Shown: positions 1 to 13,779, numbered from the stretch's first letter. The stretch is DNA of 64,000 nucleotides from Pelomyxa schiedti (GCA_020536535.1 JAHLWZ010000530.1:62001-126000), one strand, 5' to 3'. The notes: generated from the sequence alone by a model not told the origin. Program-made: numbers and translations.

Positions 1-1353
1 AGAAGTCATGGACGAAAAGGAATGTTCACAGAATTTTCGTACGAAAATTCCTTTCTGATTGGTTGTGCTTCAAGCTTTACGATAGTGGCCTACAGTCATA
101 TCTAGATCAAAGGGCGGCTGTTTTTTTGGCCTGTCAAATTCCTGTAAAAACAGCCGCAACAACAACAGTACTCTGCCTCAGTCTGCAGCAACAGATTTGT
201 CCAGTCTCCGTTTTTTCAAAACGATCAGGAAAGGCTGTTGGTGTCGATGTGGGTGTCGGCACCCACGTATGTGTAGGTGTCGAGCGGCGGTGTTGGGAAC
301 AACAGCAGCAACAGACCGAGTGAAGGGGTGAAGGTTTACCCAACAGCGCCGGCGCCCACGCCATCAGCTGTGCCACTGAGGCCTACAGCGACGCCAGCCC
401 CTCACCACCAGGGCTGACCGGACTCCACGTAATACACCTGCACCTAAGACGCCGACGACGCCTACACCTACGCCAACACCGACGCCTTGCCTGCACTGAG
501 GCCAACACAAACCCACACCAACACCCTCAGAATAACTTGCCCAACACTGACACAAACACACTGAAGAACACACAACACACAACACACACAACAAGAAACA
601 AGAAACAAGAAACAGAACCCACACTTAACCAGCACACTGTAAAAACAGCCCCCCAGCCACCCCTCAAGTTTTAATAAGGAAAAAAAAAAATAAAACAGCC
701 ACCTGGGTGGCTGTTTTACCAATGGGGAAAAGCCATTGTTTTTTCACTGTTTTTAACAGGTTTGAGTCTGCAACATGTAGAAAAGGTGGGCAGTTGGTAT
801 TTCTAAGGGGAAAATTTTTTTGTTTTGTGAAGAACATATGTGGACCCTTGTGAAAAAACAGCTGCCACCTCACACCAAACAAGTGCAAGGTAAATTTTTG
901 TATTGTTACAGTGCATTATCCTTGTGCAACCTTTCCTTTCTCTTTGATTACTTATCTCCAATTAGTTGTTTGTGTTTTTGGTTTGTTGGTGCCAAGCAGG
1001 AGATGGGGGGTGAGTGGAGGGGAGGGAGGAGAAGAAAGGTTGGTCTGAGCATCTTGGATGGCATTAATGTTGGGAGAGTTTGTGTGCACACTGTGTCTCA
1101 AGTCCTCCACCTTCTTTACCACTGTCTCAATGCCTTGGTTTTTCATTATGATTGCTGTTGATTTCTATGATAATGTTACAATCAACCTGTACCTTGCGCC
1201 TTTGCCCTGTGGTGTTGACAACAAAATTCACAGAAAAAAATTTATCCGTTTTTTCCCCAGGCCCCTCTGCCGAAAACCTACTGAAGGACCCGAAAACCTT
1301 CTTTCAGTAGACTTGACATTCAAGTAACTGTTGAGAATCCACTAAGCGTATGT

Positions 1354-3699
1354 ATGGCGTCAGTCTTGGCTGCCTGTGAGTACCAGCTCGGGGAACAGTA
1401 CTACTGGGGAGACTTCGATATCCCACGAGATGCAGGCAAAGCGGTTGCTTTGTGGGTGCAGGCGGCGCGCCTCGGGTCGCCGTTGGCCATGGTTTCCCTG
1501 GGCTGGTGGTGCTACCACCGCGGCGTCGGGGTCGGCCGCAATCCAGAGGCGGCCGCCGAGCTCTACGCCCACGCCGCCTCTCTTCCCACCTGCCCGCGGG
1601 CAGTGCACTGCCAAGCAACCGCCTGCCTCGGCGTGTGCTCCTTGCGGGGCGAAGGCGCGCCGAGGGACTGGGAGAAGGCCGCACAGCTGCTGCAGCGGGC
1701 TCACGAGAGCATGCAGCTGGTGGCCGAGCAACTGGGAAAGCCTGCCAGGGTGGACACACTTTGCTACGAGAGGCTGGCGCCTTGCAGGCACCTTGGGTGG
1801 TGCTACCTCTGCGGATGCGGGGTGTCGCGGGACCCCGAGAGGGCAGTGTCTCTGTTCAATTATGGGCTCAGTTTTTCGTGGAAGGACTGGGGTTGTGCTA
1901 TTTACCTCGCTCATTGTTACGAAACTGGCGAGGGTGTTGCGAAGGACACTGGCAAAGCACAGGAGCTGTATGGCATGGCACTTAATGCCAAAGATAGTGC
2001 AAATCGTCCCATGCTGGGATTTGGCTCCCCGGAGGCTTTCGCGGAACTTGGATTGTACCTCCAGAAAGGTCTGTGTGTTGACCGAAATATTCTCAAAGCG
2101 TGTTCATTATTCGAGAAGGGTGCTATAGCTGGTGACCCTGTTGCAATGTTTCACCTTGCATTGTGTGAGACTACTCACAGACGAAGGAGATTTGACCTTC
2201 TTACACAGGCTTCCTCTCTTGGCCACAAACAATCCTCCCAAATTCTTGCAACCGAAAAGCCATATCCAATTTTACAAGCACTGGTACCTCCGGGCATAAC
2301 GCCACTACAAGCTGTCAATCAACAGGCAGTATGTAACCATTATGCTGGCAAATATATTTAACAAGCAGTCAGGACGTAGAAGAATTAATCATAGAACTTA
2401 CATCAAAGCTGGAAGAGGTGTGCTTGCATCTACAATGTATGTCATAAAGAAAAACCTCATCAGGACAGTATGCGTATTCGACAACTCCAAGAAGAGAATA
2501 AATTACTACGCTCTGATTATGCACGCTGTCAAGTTAGTCGACTAAGTCAACCCTGATGTCCTCACCCTAAAACACAGGAAGTTATTAACACGATGTCGTC
2601 ACTTATTACTGCAGACATTTCAGACTTCATTCCGCATGGCCTCCTTGGAATGGGAACAAACACTGCAGCATTTGAAGTGCACTTCAATATACCACTCCCT
2701 TTTGACATCAAACTCGGAATCACAACACTGGTCATGAAAGTTGTCTTCAACATGCGTAATACCAAAATTCCAGAGTACAAGATTCTTGCATCAATTCCAC
2801 ATCACCCTAATGTTATTCACACACTTGGTGATATTGCCATCCCACGGTTGATACAATCATTGATATACACCAATAATATCGGCTTATAGGTTACCAAATG
2901 AGTTTATTGAAAAGCTAGAAGGACCCATTTTCCGCCGAATGGCACTTGACCCGTCTCTTGCGTTTCTCATGCCTTTCTGTGGGATCACTCTGTCAGCTTA
3001 TTTATCTTCTGTATCTCCGGTCAGTACAATTCACAATCTGATCCTGTACTCACTCTCAGCCTTGCAGACTAGACTCGCCAAAAAGGCCCAGAATATTTTT
3101 TTGCAAGGCACAAAAGCAATCCATCATATTGAAACCTTTTGGGTTGTGCACAGGTACGCCATCTAGCATATTTCTGTATTCACCCTCGCAGGGATATCAA
3201 GCAAAGCAACTTATTGGTGGACCCAACAGGGAAACTCACCTTGATTGACTTTGGTGACGCGACTAAGTGCCTCAATGCTAACTTGGAGTCAGGGGTTTCT
3301 CCAACCACACAGTTTTGGGCCAACCCAGGGACAATGCCCCCAGAGCTCCACATGTTCATCAAGGCTCTCACCAACGACGTTTCCAGCCGTGGCATTTCCT
3401 CCAGCACCAGTAACAAGTCCACCACGTTCTCATACTCCAAGTGTGACTCTTTTGCACTGGCCCTCACATTCTACAACACACTTCTTCCCGCTCACGCCAA
3501 GTTTATCGGCAGTGAAAAAAACTTCTCCATGAGCGACTTCACAACGGAGTCACTTGTGACGAATTTCCCACTGCCCGTCCCACAGGGTACACGTCTCACC
3601 GGTATACTCATTTCCATGCTGAACCCTGACAAAGGGCAACGAATGTCAGCTTCTGCAGCCATTGAAACAATCACTCGTGCAACAAAGAACCACCTTTGA
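1354..3699 (+). CDS. SEL1-repeat + coiled-coil + Ser/Thr kinase (PINK1-like), multi-exon
   Basis: Exon 1 has SEL1 motifs (AMVSLGWWCYHRGVGV, LAHCYETGEGVAKD). Short GT-AG introns join it in frame to DVEELIIELTSKLEE / DSMRIRQLQEENKLLR. The kinase follows: LGMGTNTAAF, VMKVVFN, HPNVI, HRDIKQSN, IDFG, NPGTMPPE, YSKCDSFALA. Confidence 0.85.
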
Positions 3700-3838
3700 C
3701 TAGACTTGTTCCTTTGACACTTAGTTCTTTGCAAAAAAATTTGTTTTAAATAAATATATCACGCAAGTTACTGTAACACTCAGAACACAGAACCACAATC
3801 AACATGTGATGCTGGTGCTGTGGCAGGTTATATTACTC

Positions 3839-6800
3839 CTAGTGCCGTTTTTTGTTGCTCTTGGATGATGATGTATTAGTAGTGTGCTTGCTGCTGCTAT
3901 CTGTTGTGCTGGTGGATGTAGTGGTGGATGTTGTTGTTTTTGTTGGTGAGGTGTTATTGTGGACCCCCTCTGATACAATCAGGGATGCCAGTTCTTGTTT
4001 TCCTTGGAGGCAGCTGTGGCTTTCAATACTGGGTGATGCGGAATGGAACGGGGCTATGAGAGGGTGTTGAAGCAAGTCTGTGGCGTAAGGCCGGGCGTTG
4101 GGATTCACTTCAAGGCATAAGTTCGAGAACGCCGATATAGAAGTGGACCAGAGTGATGGGTTCAGTGGTGGAGGGGACGTGTTTTGGGCCGCTATCAAGA
4201 GTAGGGCATTGAGCGGCGGGTGTTGGATGAAAGGTGGTGAACCATCAATCATTTCCATCACCATTATTCCGAGACTCCAGATGTCCACCTTTTTTGTGCA
4301 TTCATTGTAAGGAGCATGCTTACGGATGTCAACCAAAATGCTATACCTTACAGTTGTATTCTTTTGTCTTGACAACTTCTGGTGCCATCCAATAGGGTGT
4401 GCCGACAATCTTGAAGAAAAAGGGATTAAAAATGCAATTGAGTGGGTAGACAAGTACTGAGTGCCGGACTGATTTGGAACTTGACAAAGTAGAAACATAA
4501 CCAAAGTCACCAATTTTACAGGTACCATCCCTTCCCAGAAGTGTGTTGTCGCTTTTTATATCTCTTTTTGATTATCTGTTAGTATAGTGTGTTTGCAGTG
4601 TAGTCTTGTACCTATGAATTTTATTGTTGATGTGGAGATATTCCAGTGCTTTTAGTACACAGTAACATACATAACCTATTACACTTGTACTCAGTGGATA
4701 GTGATTCTCGATAACATCAGTCAAAGTTCCGCCGTCCATGTACCTATTTTTCTTCAATCTTGACAATGGACTTGTTGGAGCGATATCAATTTCTGAACTT
4801 ACTCCATTATAATGCGGATTTGGTCCCCCTTGGTGAAGCAGTCAATGAACTTCACGAGATTTGGGTGATGTGACGTTTTCATTGCAAATACTTCCATTGT
4901 TATCTATGGGCGTTAGAGTTCAGAGATAAGAAAAGAAGTTGAAGTACCTGCTTTCGATTTTTATCTGCTAGAGGTATCACCTTAATTGCAACTTTTTTCT
5001 TGGAAGCTTTGTGTAGTGCAGAGAATATCTATTCAAGTGAGCCTCGTTTGGCATAACGAATTGGGGAATTGTACCTTACCAGCAGAGCCTTCGCCTATCA
5101 ATTTAACGTCACCGTACTCGGCCATTGTGGAAACTGCAGGTGCTAGATCTAGGATGTCAAGGGGGGTCTGTGCATGGCCTTTTAGCTCCACCGCTGTTGG
5201 TGGCGGGGAGGCACTGGGTGTTTTCTCATTGGCGGCACTAGTTTTTCCATGTATAGTAAGCTCCCAATGCTTGGAGTCTTGAACACCAATTCCCCCTAGC
5301 AAGCCAGTAAAAAGAACGTCCAGCATGGCACCTCTCACGTAGTTGCTGGGGAAGCTTGGAGATTTTTCACTTGAGGCAGAGGTTTCCCCTTTAAGAGTCG
5401 TCGAACTGGGTGACTTGGAAGTGGGTGGCTTGAACAGCTTTTTGGATATACTTCTTAAGAAACCATGCTGTGATTCATCGGGCTTGATGCTTGGGGTAGT
5501 TGATTCTGCAGGCTGTGGCACAGGTCGAATGATTCCCGGTGGCAATTCAGGCTGTGATGGCGGGGGAGAGATCGGGACTGGTGTTTGTTGTGGTAATTCT
5601 TTATCTTCTTTTTCCTCTTTGAAATTCCCCCAGCTCCGAGATCGATGATGGGATTTAGTCGAATTAGTTGGTGGTTGAAGATGATCCTTGTAAAAGTGAA
5701 AAAGAAAAATTACAGGCAGGTACCGTACCCCAGAGAGTCTCCGTTTTAGTAACTCGATCGTGGCATCTTGGTTGCTGATTTTCTCCTCCAAGATTTGGAG
5801 TCTTGAAGACATTGACACCAATTGGCTAGAAAGCTTTTCGTGATCCTTGTATAAGATTAGTGGTTCGAGTGTTCCTAGTTTAATTGCATGACATACTTTG
5901 GCCTTTTGCTCAGCAATGTGCTTCTGTTGTTCTTTTATGGCTTGTTTTAATTTATTTTCTAAATCTTTTTGTATCTGTATGGGATTTTGAAGAGCGAATT
6001 GCTCGTTGGTAGCCAGTCCATTATCCTGGTTACTGTGAATAAAAAAAAACCACAAAATTTACAAGGAAACCGTTACTGTGTGCTCCCGAACGTTGTTCCC
6101 TTCATGTATTTCATTCCCTTTAATACGTTGAGTCTGGGAAGTTAGTGACAAATTTGAAGCAGCGTGGATTGGTTCTAGATAGGCAGATTTCTTGGCCGTC
6201 AAGTTTTTTTGGGAGGGCAGAAGAATTTGAGATGATAATGTTGGAGAAGGGGAAGTGTGTGTTGGAAAGGCAAGATTGGATCGTGACTGGTGGGCTGATG
6301 GATCTTGAAGCTCCCACCCCGTTAAACTTCTTTGCAGTGAGGAAATATCCCCTTTTTCACATGTGAGTGAAGTAGATAAAAGTAAAGATAAGTGTTTACC
6401 AATGTTTGATGGTGAGTTACTAGGTGGGGCTCTGTGCTTTCTGTTGAAATCAGCTTCTCCGCATACTGAAATAGATCTCGTGAAGGCACCATAGTTGGCA
6501 ACAACAGAAAGGTTATCAGAACTTTTAATGGAAGGAAATCGAACTGCTGAATCCTAGCCATTAAAATGTTGGAAGAAGTATTTCAAAAGAATATCCTAAT
6601 ACCATGGGATAGGGGGTGTCGGGAAAATTGATTTCCATTTTGCTTTTTTTTTGTGTTAGTTTGAGAGAATTTCTTGAAGTAAGCTCACGAAGTTGTTAAA
6701 GATGTTCGTGGACACGATTTAGACCTCATTCTAGCCTCAGCTAGTTTTTTAAAAAAGTTAACAAGTAACAACCAAATCAAAAAAAAAAAAAAAGTCACCT

Positions 6801-7783
6801 TGGGGTGAGGACACACGGTCTACCGGTGTTTGTGTAATCGAGATGGAGGGTACTGTACATTCCGTCATTTCAGGACTCGCTCTGGCAGGTGCGTCCTTAA
6901 TGCACAAGTCAAACCACAAGTGCGCCAAACCCTCAAGCAAGAGAAGGGATAATACCCGTGGGGAAGGCTGGCTGCAGTTGTGCCTGTGCTTCCCCCGTGG
7001 CGGCGACTCGGACGAGTGCTGCTGGCACGAGACGATGTGGTGCTCCAGCGCCGGGAACGGCTGCCTCGGGGGGGCATCCTCGTGGTGCCTCCGCGACTTC
7101 CTCTTGCGCTCCTGCTCCCCGCCCCCGCTGGCCCCGCCCGCCCCGCTGCTCCCGGGGAGCTGGTCGCCGGTGGGGCTCTGGTTCGAGGCAGAGGCGCCGC
7201 AGCCGCCGCCGCATGTGCTGCCGTAGATCGCGGGGAAGTGCGTGGTCAGCTCGGACTCGTGGCGGCGGTGGAAGGTGGTGTGGGGCGAGGGCGAGCACGA
7301 GGAGGAGACCTCGGACGAGGACGAGGAGCTGGGCAGCCGGGCCTTGGAGGGCGAGGGGCACGGGGACCGCGACCGCGACACGGACGGCGACAGCGCCGCG
7401 GGCACCGCCGAGCCGACGTCGTCCTCGCTCGAGGTGTCCTCGACGACGAGCACGGGGTTGTCGCTGCCGAGGTGGCTCACCGTCGACGATCTCACGGGCA
7501 CCGAGGGCGTGGACAACGACAAGGGGTTCCTGCTGCTACCTGCGCCGGGCACCACTGCGGCAACAGAAAGGCACGCCGAAGACTGGTTCTTTCTGAATTG
7601 TGGGTTGCTGTAGGACTTCTTGTGCCCGCTGCCGTGTACCCTCTCGGTCGTTGGACTCCGGTGTCCCCTCGGCGATGATGTTGTTGGTGGTGTGTTGTTG
7701 CTGGCGTTGGTGATACTGAGACTGGTGCCGAGGCTACTGTTGGTTGTAGTTGTCGTTGTCGATACTTCCGGTGGACCGTCCAT
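3839..7783 (-). CDS. STE20/PAK-like protein kinase with long N-terminal region, multi-exon
   Basis: [72 protein letters not shown]. The start is taken at MDGPPEV (7783); an in-frame ATG also exists at 7993. Confidence 0.85.
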
Positions 7784-8015
7784 CGTCAAATGGAGACGGT
7801 GGTCTTTGGTTTTCTCTGTTGATTTTCCCCTTGTGCACTTTCGTTGTTTATTGACGCTGTGGAAAAAACTGGGCGATAACAGATCAAAAAAAGTTTCCTT
7901 CCGTACCGCCGTTTTTGTTCCTTTCTTCTCGGTGGAGAGGCTGACCTGGGACATGGTTGTACTCTTTGGTGTTGGCGATTCCGTTTCTCCCATTATGGGA
8001 TCATGCGACGCGGTG

Positions 8016-9771
8016 TTACGGTGAACTCCACAGGGGATCTATGCCTAACTCAAAGTAGGTGTTGAGCCACCCAGCTGTGGAAATGTGGGTGTTGGTTACA
8101 AGCTTCTGTACAATGTGGGTGAGGTTGGGAATATCTCCCTTTGTGATTCCCAGGTTGACCACCAGCCACTTTACCACAGGAAGCTGCCCGTTTGCAATTG
8201 CACTTCGCAATCCAGGCCGCGAAATAACATCTGATTTGGTGCATCGCCGTTGTAAAACAATCAGTTTCACAGCTTCTAAGTGGCCTCCTGCACAAGCTGC
8301 CCACAACATTGCTGGAAAAACCTCTTCTCTGTTTGGATCCTTCATGTAGTTGGCAAGATACCACTGCACTGCATGTGTGAAACCATGCAATGCAGCGTTT
8401 ATTACCCCTGAGCCTATTATAAAGTACCCTGGTGCATATGAATCAAACAGAGTCATCATATCAGGATTGTGCTGAGTACATGCAAGTCCAAACCATTGCC
8501 TAACAAAGCTAGACTGAGAAAGTTCAGGAGATTGCTGTAGAGCAAGTGATAGTGCTTCTTTGGCGAGATTCAAATGCCCCCCCGAGATTGCCCCTCTAAT
8601 AATTGCACAGTGGTAGTGTCTACAAGGGTGGAGCTCGAGTGATATTTTGTTGCTGAACCAGGAAATCAGTTCTCGGTCTCCCACTTTTCCAAGGCTCTCC
8701 AGTGCTGTTGAATGGCAAGTAACACTATCTTCAAACGGTTTCGAGGCAAACCAAAATATCAGGTCCCTGTTTCCTGTGCTGCAAACTGCGCTCAACAAAT
8801 CAGAAGAGGTTTCCCAAACTGAAAATGAGTCAGCAAGCCATTTTGCAACTTCAAGATGTCCATTACGGCATGCAGATCGAAATGGTTCGTTTCTAAAGTA
8901 TTGTACTTGATCTCTGCCGTAGTGAAAGTAACTTGCAATCCACTTGGCAACGGACAATTGCCCACTGGAGCATGCTCTGTTGAATACCAAGTTAAACAAA
9001 TCCAATACATCTTCCATCCGGAGTGAAAACTTCCTCGCCATCCATTCTACAGTCTTCAGAGAGCCAGCTTCACTTGCACCAGCCAGAGAGTATAAAATCA
9101 GTCCCTTGTTACGGTGAGGCTGTGACGCCTCCAAAATCCATTCCAGGGTTTCTTTGTCTTGGCAGTTCTTGAAAGCTTCCATCAACACTTCTCCCCCATT
9201 GGCTTTTTTCTTGTATGGCCTGTTGCTGAAGTCCATCACTTGTTCAATACAGTCATGCAGCTTGATGTGGAATTTTTTTGAGAACAATTTGGCAGCTTGT
9301 ATGCGAACCCTCATTACCGCGGTGACCATAAGGTGATATTCAGCTATTGTGGGGCATAGAACCGCTTTCCTAAGATGGTCATACAGCCCCTCACTGTGTG
9401 AAGTATAATTCTGCATGGGGTTGAGTGGAACAAACAAAAAAGTGTCTAAGCAACATAGGGGGGAAAAAAACCCATTGATCTGTGTAAGTGACAGGCGGGT
9501 TGGTGGCGAACAGCAGTCTGGCTTGTTTGACAGAGGCCTCGCACAGCAACCAACTTACATCGCACAGAGTAACCAGTGCCTCAAACGAGTCGAGGATGGG
9601 CACTATGTGAGTTACCAAAAAGCCGCAGGTTTTCACTGTATCTGCTATTTGTTGGCTCCTGCTGAGTGCGGCACAGCCTCCTTGCAGTGTTGTTCGTGGC
9701 GCTGCTTCCTCTGTTGTTTTGTCACTGTGTTGTGGTATCGGTTTTTTCCCCCTCGACTCCTCACCGCCCAT
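8016..9771 (-). CDS. Ankyrin-repeat protein with possible N-terminal F-box-like segment
   Basis: Repeats ACSSGQLSVAKWI, ACRNGHLEVAKWL, ACAGGHLEAVKLI, AIANGQLPVVKWL. Upstream exon LVTHIVPILDSFEALVTLCDVSW. One intron near 9425-9475. Confidence 0.8.
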
Positions 9772-11735
9772 TTTTTTATCCACCCGGCGGGTCTCGTTTA
9801 AAGCAGTCCTTTTCTGCTCCTTTGATGGGTGCGACAAACTACCGCCTCCCCACGGGCTTCACCTTCGTCGACGTGGCCCGCGAACGCTGCAGATACCCAA
9901 TGGGTACCTGCGCAGTCTCAAACAACCAACCTACTCTTGAGTAGTGCGCTAAGCGCTGACCCTCCAGAGATTGGAGGTTATCAGAAATCTACTCTTTTTT
10001 TTTTTCCTTTTGAAAAACTGCTTAATATGGTGCCGTGGATACCATCAACAAAGTGGTGACTGAAAGTTGTGTTGTTTCTTGATTTAATGTTAGGGAAGTC
10101 AGGCAGCCCTGTTAAGTGTTCTTGTACCCAAAAGGGTTGATGTAGTATCTGTTGTTCTCTTGAGCACAATAAGACACAATGCCCTGAAAACCCTGCAAAC
10201 CAAGTGCAACCACAATGCACTCAAACTTCATCTCAGCTTTTTCTTAATTGAAACTCTTGCTGAAAAACTTTGGGTACCAGCAACATATATTGCCATTCTT
10301 CTTAACAGATTTGCAAAAGGTATCGTGTTCTGGCTAACTGTGCTTCTAGTCACCCACATTTATTATGGACCCAGTGTCTCCATCAAGGAATTGGAAAATG
10401 GCAACCTAAGTGCTTTATCAAAAAAAAGTGTGATCTCCCCTCAAAGTTTGATAAGTGATTTTCACAGGCAGCACACCTGATGGCTCTTTCATATTATGCC
10501 AAAGTTGCAGCAAATTGAAAGAAGAAGATCATTAACATCCTCACAAATATCCCAAATTTAACCACAAGAACTACTCGTCTGGTTTGGAATGCAATATCAG
10601 GTGGCACTGTGCTCAGAAACAGCTCCTAATTGGGATCTCTGTGCTGCCAGCAAAGAATCCTCCTCCATCTCCACAAAGGCAGCAACTTACACACGCATCC
10701 TCTGCAGCTGGCTCCATAGGTTCGACCAATGCACACTCTCTTTGATCCTGATTGGCGCTCCACTTTGCGTTTTTCGCAGCTTTTTTCGCGGATTTGATCA
10801 AATCTGATCGCTGTCTTCTAACCTAACCCGCTAAACAGCAAAACTTTATTTCCATTCTAAAACTTCGATTTTTTCGAAGGTGGGGGGGGGTCTAGAAGTG
10901 CGCTCCCCATTGGATACTACCTCGTGGACAGCGACTGCGTCGTGTGCAACCGCTCATGGATTGCAGCAGCAAGGTGGTCAAACAGGGCGGATATCTGGGA
11001 AGGGCGAGGAGGAGGGGGGAAGAGGAGCATGACTCCTTGAGGGGGTCCGTCGTTCGGGATTCCAAGCAGACGACCGTTCATTCCCAGGAGTCACTGGGGC
11101 TGGATTCTTGTATCTTTTTAGCACTGTCCTCCAGACTGTAACACTCACTTATGTGGACTTGCCCTGCTCCTCTTCTGGATTGCTTGTTGCTGTGAGTCCG
11201 CCACTAGTGTTTCACATGCCATTCAGGTCGAGATACACCATAGGTGGTGCTATGTTTGCTGGAGGTGACATTCTACTTTTACTTGGAACTGGGAAACCCA
11301 GTAAAGAAAAGACTGTTGTTTACTCCACCAAAACAAGGAAAGAAATGGAAAAGGGGAAAGGAATCACTCTTCTTTGTGATGACTCTCTTTAATAACCTAT
11401 CTTCCACAAAACCTATTTTGACCCTCCCCCATATTATACATGCCAACTGCCTAACAAGGCTTTGCGCATTGGAATCCAACACTCCCATTGCTAACAGTGC
11501 ACATTACACACCCCCCAACACAGACAACAATTAGATTTAATGGTGCCAACCACATCAACTTTCACATCTCACCATAAACTCCATGAACCAAAATAAATTG
11601 TTAAACACTCAAACTCTGGGGTTCTCACCAGTTGGGGGACCCCCAGAGTTTCACTTTTACCTTGAAGTATTTTGACAGATGAACGAAAGCGTTTGGAAGT
11701 GTACATTATTAAAACTAATAATTTAATCAGAGGCG

Positions 11736-11995
11736 ATGAGATCTGCCCTTTGTGCGGTTGGGCTTTGTTTGTGCTTGTGGCTCTCCGTGTGTGCAGGATC
11801 CGCCACAATTAATGCTGTTACGGACATTCCTGGTGTCGGTATGTCTCTTCTCCCCTTGGCCCACGGTCTGACCTTTTTTTTTTTGTTAGACCCATCAGAG
11901 TACACTTTTTCAATGTACTCTGGATATGTTGGTGTTGGTGATGCTTCGCTTGGCCACAGATTGTTTTTTTACATTGTGGAGAGCCAGCGTGATCC
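11736..11995 (+). CDS. Serine carboxypeptidase (S10) 5' end, truncated by assembly gap
   Basis: Signal peptide MRSALCAVGLCLCLWLSVCAG, then VTDIPG, an intron, and MYSGYVGV..HRLFFYIVESQRD, which is typical of the S10 N-terminus. Confidence 0.85.
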
Positions 11996-12095
11996 NNNNN
12001 NNNNNNNNNNNNNNNNNNNNNNNNNNNNNNNNNNNNNNNNNNNNNNNNNNNNNNNNNNNNNNNNNNNNNNNNNNNNNNNNNNNNNNNNNNNNNNN
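11996..12095. other. Scaffold gap (100 N)
   Basis: Run of exactly 100 N. The peptidase does not resume after it. Confidence 0.99.
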
Positions 12096-12348
12096 GACAT
12101 TGTTGTTTCCCAGGTCGATTTGGGGAAGGTGGTCACGCCCGGGATCGATCCCACAACCTCTCAGTTTTCGCGATTTCAGACGAACGCCTTAAACCGCTAA
12201 ACAAAAAGGTCTCCCCCATGCGACCAACCCCCTGGTTGTATGGGAGGTGAACCCTTGGTGGTTCAGCTCTGGCTTGGGCTGTAGTAATTTGTTGTTGGCC
12301 ACATTTTTTTGTTTTTCTATTCTCTTTTTCCGTATTGCACTCCAGACC

Positions 12349-13779
12349 ATGCAGCCAACACACAAGAGGTCACCACCTTGTTCCCCCACTATTCCCGTGC
12401 CGCATGTGCCGGCGCCGTACGGCGATCAATGCCACCCCACAGCACCGGCACCTCTGCTACGACAGGGGCGCTGCGGCAAAGTGGTGGCCGTCAAACCTCC
12501 GGCGCCGTGCTCGCGATCGCAGTGCATTACAATGGGCGACCAGGTCTTGGCCCTGGTGATGGGCACACACCCCCGTTGCGGCGCCGGCTGCCCACTGTGG
12601 TCGATGTCGCCGGCGGCGGCGGCGGCGCCTGTGGGGCCAGCCGGGGGGGACAGCTGCGGGGGTGGCGGGGGGCTCGACGGGTCGCTGGTGCCGAGGACCC
12701 TGTGGATGTGGCTGGTGGCGCACTCGAGGCTCTACTGTGTCACGTGGACCAGCAGGGCGCCGCGCGGTGGCCTGTCCACCGTCACCGCCACGTTTGGGGT
12801 CTCGTCGGCTTTGCTGACGCTGACGCACGGGATGAGGTGGTGGGAGAGGGGCACTTGCGTCAGCTTGGGTGCCAACGACGACTACTTTGTGGCGGTACAC
12901 AGGTCGCTTTTCGTGCTGCAGGACAGGCTCACGGGCGAGAGGCGCGCACTGTTCGATTCCACTGGCTGCTGGTGGGTGAAGCTCTGCTCGAACAGGAAGT
13001 GGTTCGTTGTGTTTGACCAGTGGAAGATGGTTGCCTTTGAGATTCCAAGGAGGAACCCATCCGGTCCCACCACCATCAAGAAGCCAACTGTTGTGCCACT
13101 TGGCTCTCTTATGGGAAGCAGCAGCTATTCTCCCGAGTTTGGGGGTGGCAACGAAGACCACATTCTGCTGTGCGACTACAGTTCCGCCTCGCAATTCCAG
13201 TTTATCCTGGTGGATGTCGCACAGACCACTGCATCGAAAACATTGGCAGTGTTGAGCTCGACTGTTCCCAGATTGAACGACTTGCAACTTCCAAGATCAG
13301 AACCATTTATTTTCCGTTCGTTCTTGGTGATGACTCATAAGGGCGGTGCTCGCTCATTTGTCACAGGGGGCTCCTTTAAAGATCCAGCGGGCATCATTGT
13401 CATTGAGGAGGGAACTGGCAAAGTGAAGGGACCTCTTGGAGGATATGAGACCTCCAACTTTTGCCCAACCTGGTGTGTGTCACAGCTGAATCAGTCGCAG
13501 TTCTGCGTTACTTGCACAGCGAGAGACACCTATGACGTGTGGGATATCAACGATATCTCAAGACCAGCGAGGACACAGAAGTTCGCCACCGGGAATCCAA
13601 AAAGACATGACTTTATGGAAGGTGGCCTGCTTTTCCAACTGAAAAGACCACACAGCATGCTAAAGGAAATCAAAGTGACCGAGGAGGCCTCTGGAACCCA
13701 TGTTGTCACTTTCCAGTTGTTCAGGCCCGTTCTTGCATTCACCAATCATTTCTCTTGCCGTCAACCTGACAACCTGTAG
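12349..13779 (+). CDS. Intronless hypothetical protein, N-terminal 'HPRCG' motif plus beta-rich (propeller-like) domain
   Basis: Long ORF containing QVLALVMGTHPRCGAGCPL and beta-strand-like segments (CSNRKWFVVF, YDVWDIND). Start is 12349 or 12532. Confidence 0.75.
   Translation: MQPTHKRSPPCSPTIPVPHVPAPYGDQCHPTAPAPLLRQGRCGKVVAVKPPAPCSRSQCITMGDQVLALVMGTHPRCGAGCPLWSMSPAAAAAPVGPAGGDSCGGGGGLDGSLVPRTLWMWLVAHSRLYCVTWTSRAPRGGLSTVTATFGVSSALLTLTHGMRWWERGTCVSLGANDDYFVAVHRSLFVLQDRLTGERRALFDSTGCWWVKLCSNRKWFVVFDQWKMVAFEIPRRNPSGPTTIKKPTVVPLGSLMGSSSYSPEFGGGNEDHILLCDYSSASQFQFILVDVAQTTASKTLAVLSSTVPRLNDLQLPRSEPFIFRSFLVMTHKGGARSFVTGGSFKDPAGIIVIEEGTGKVKGPLGGYETSNFCPTWCVSQLNQSQFCVTCTARDTYDVWDINDISRPARTQKFATGNPKRHDFMEGGLLFQLKRPHSMLKEIKVTEEASGTHVVTFQLFRPVLAFTNHFSCRQPDNL

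Noticed and set aside
1-1300. Low-complexity ORFs and a possible minus-strand exon (952-1160)
   Set aside because: No recognisable product and no supported start.
7783-8016. Apparent 22-bp spacing between the ankyrin stop and the kinase ATG (operon-like)
   Set aside because: The kinase more plausibly starts at 7783, leaving an ordinary intergenic gap.
9950-11540. Short ORFs, including a Cys-rich minus-strand piece (10613-10801)
   Set aside because: No coherent spliced gene or family could be built. Possibly decayed gene fragments.
11736-12200. ORF spanning the N gap
   Set aside because: Artefact: the sequence after the gap is not carboxypeptidase, and the true gap size is unknown.
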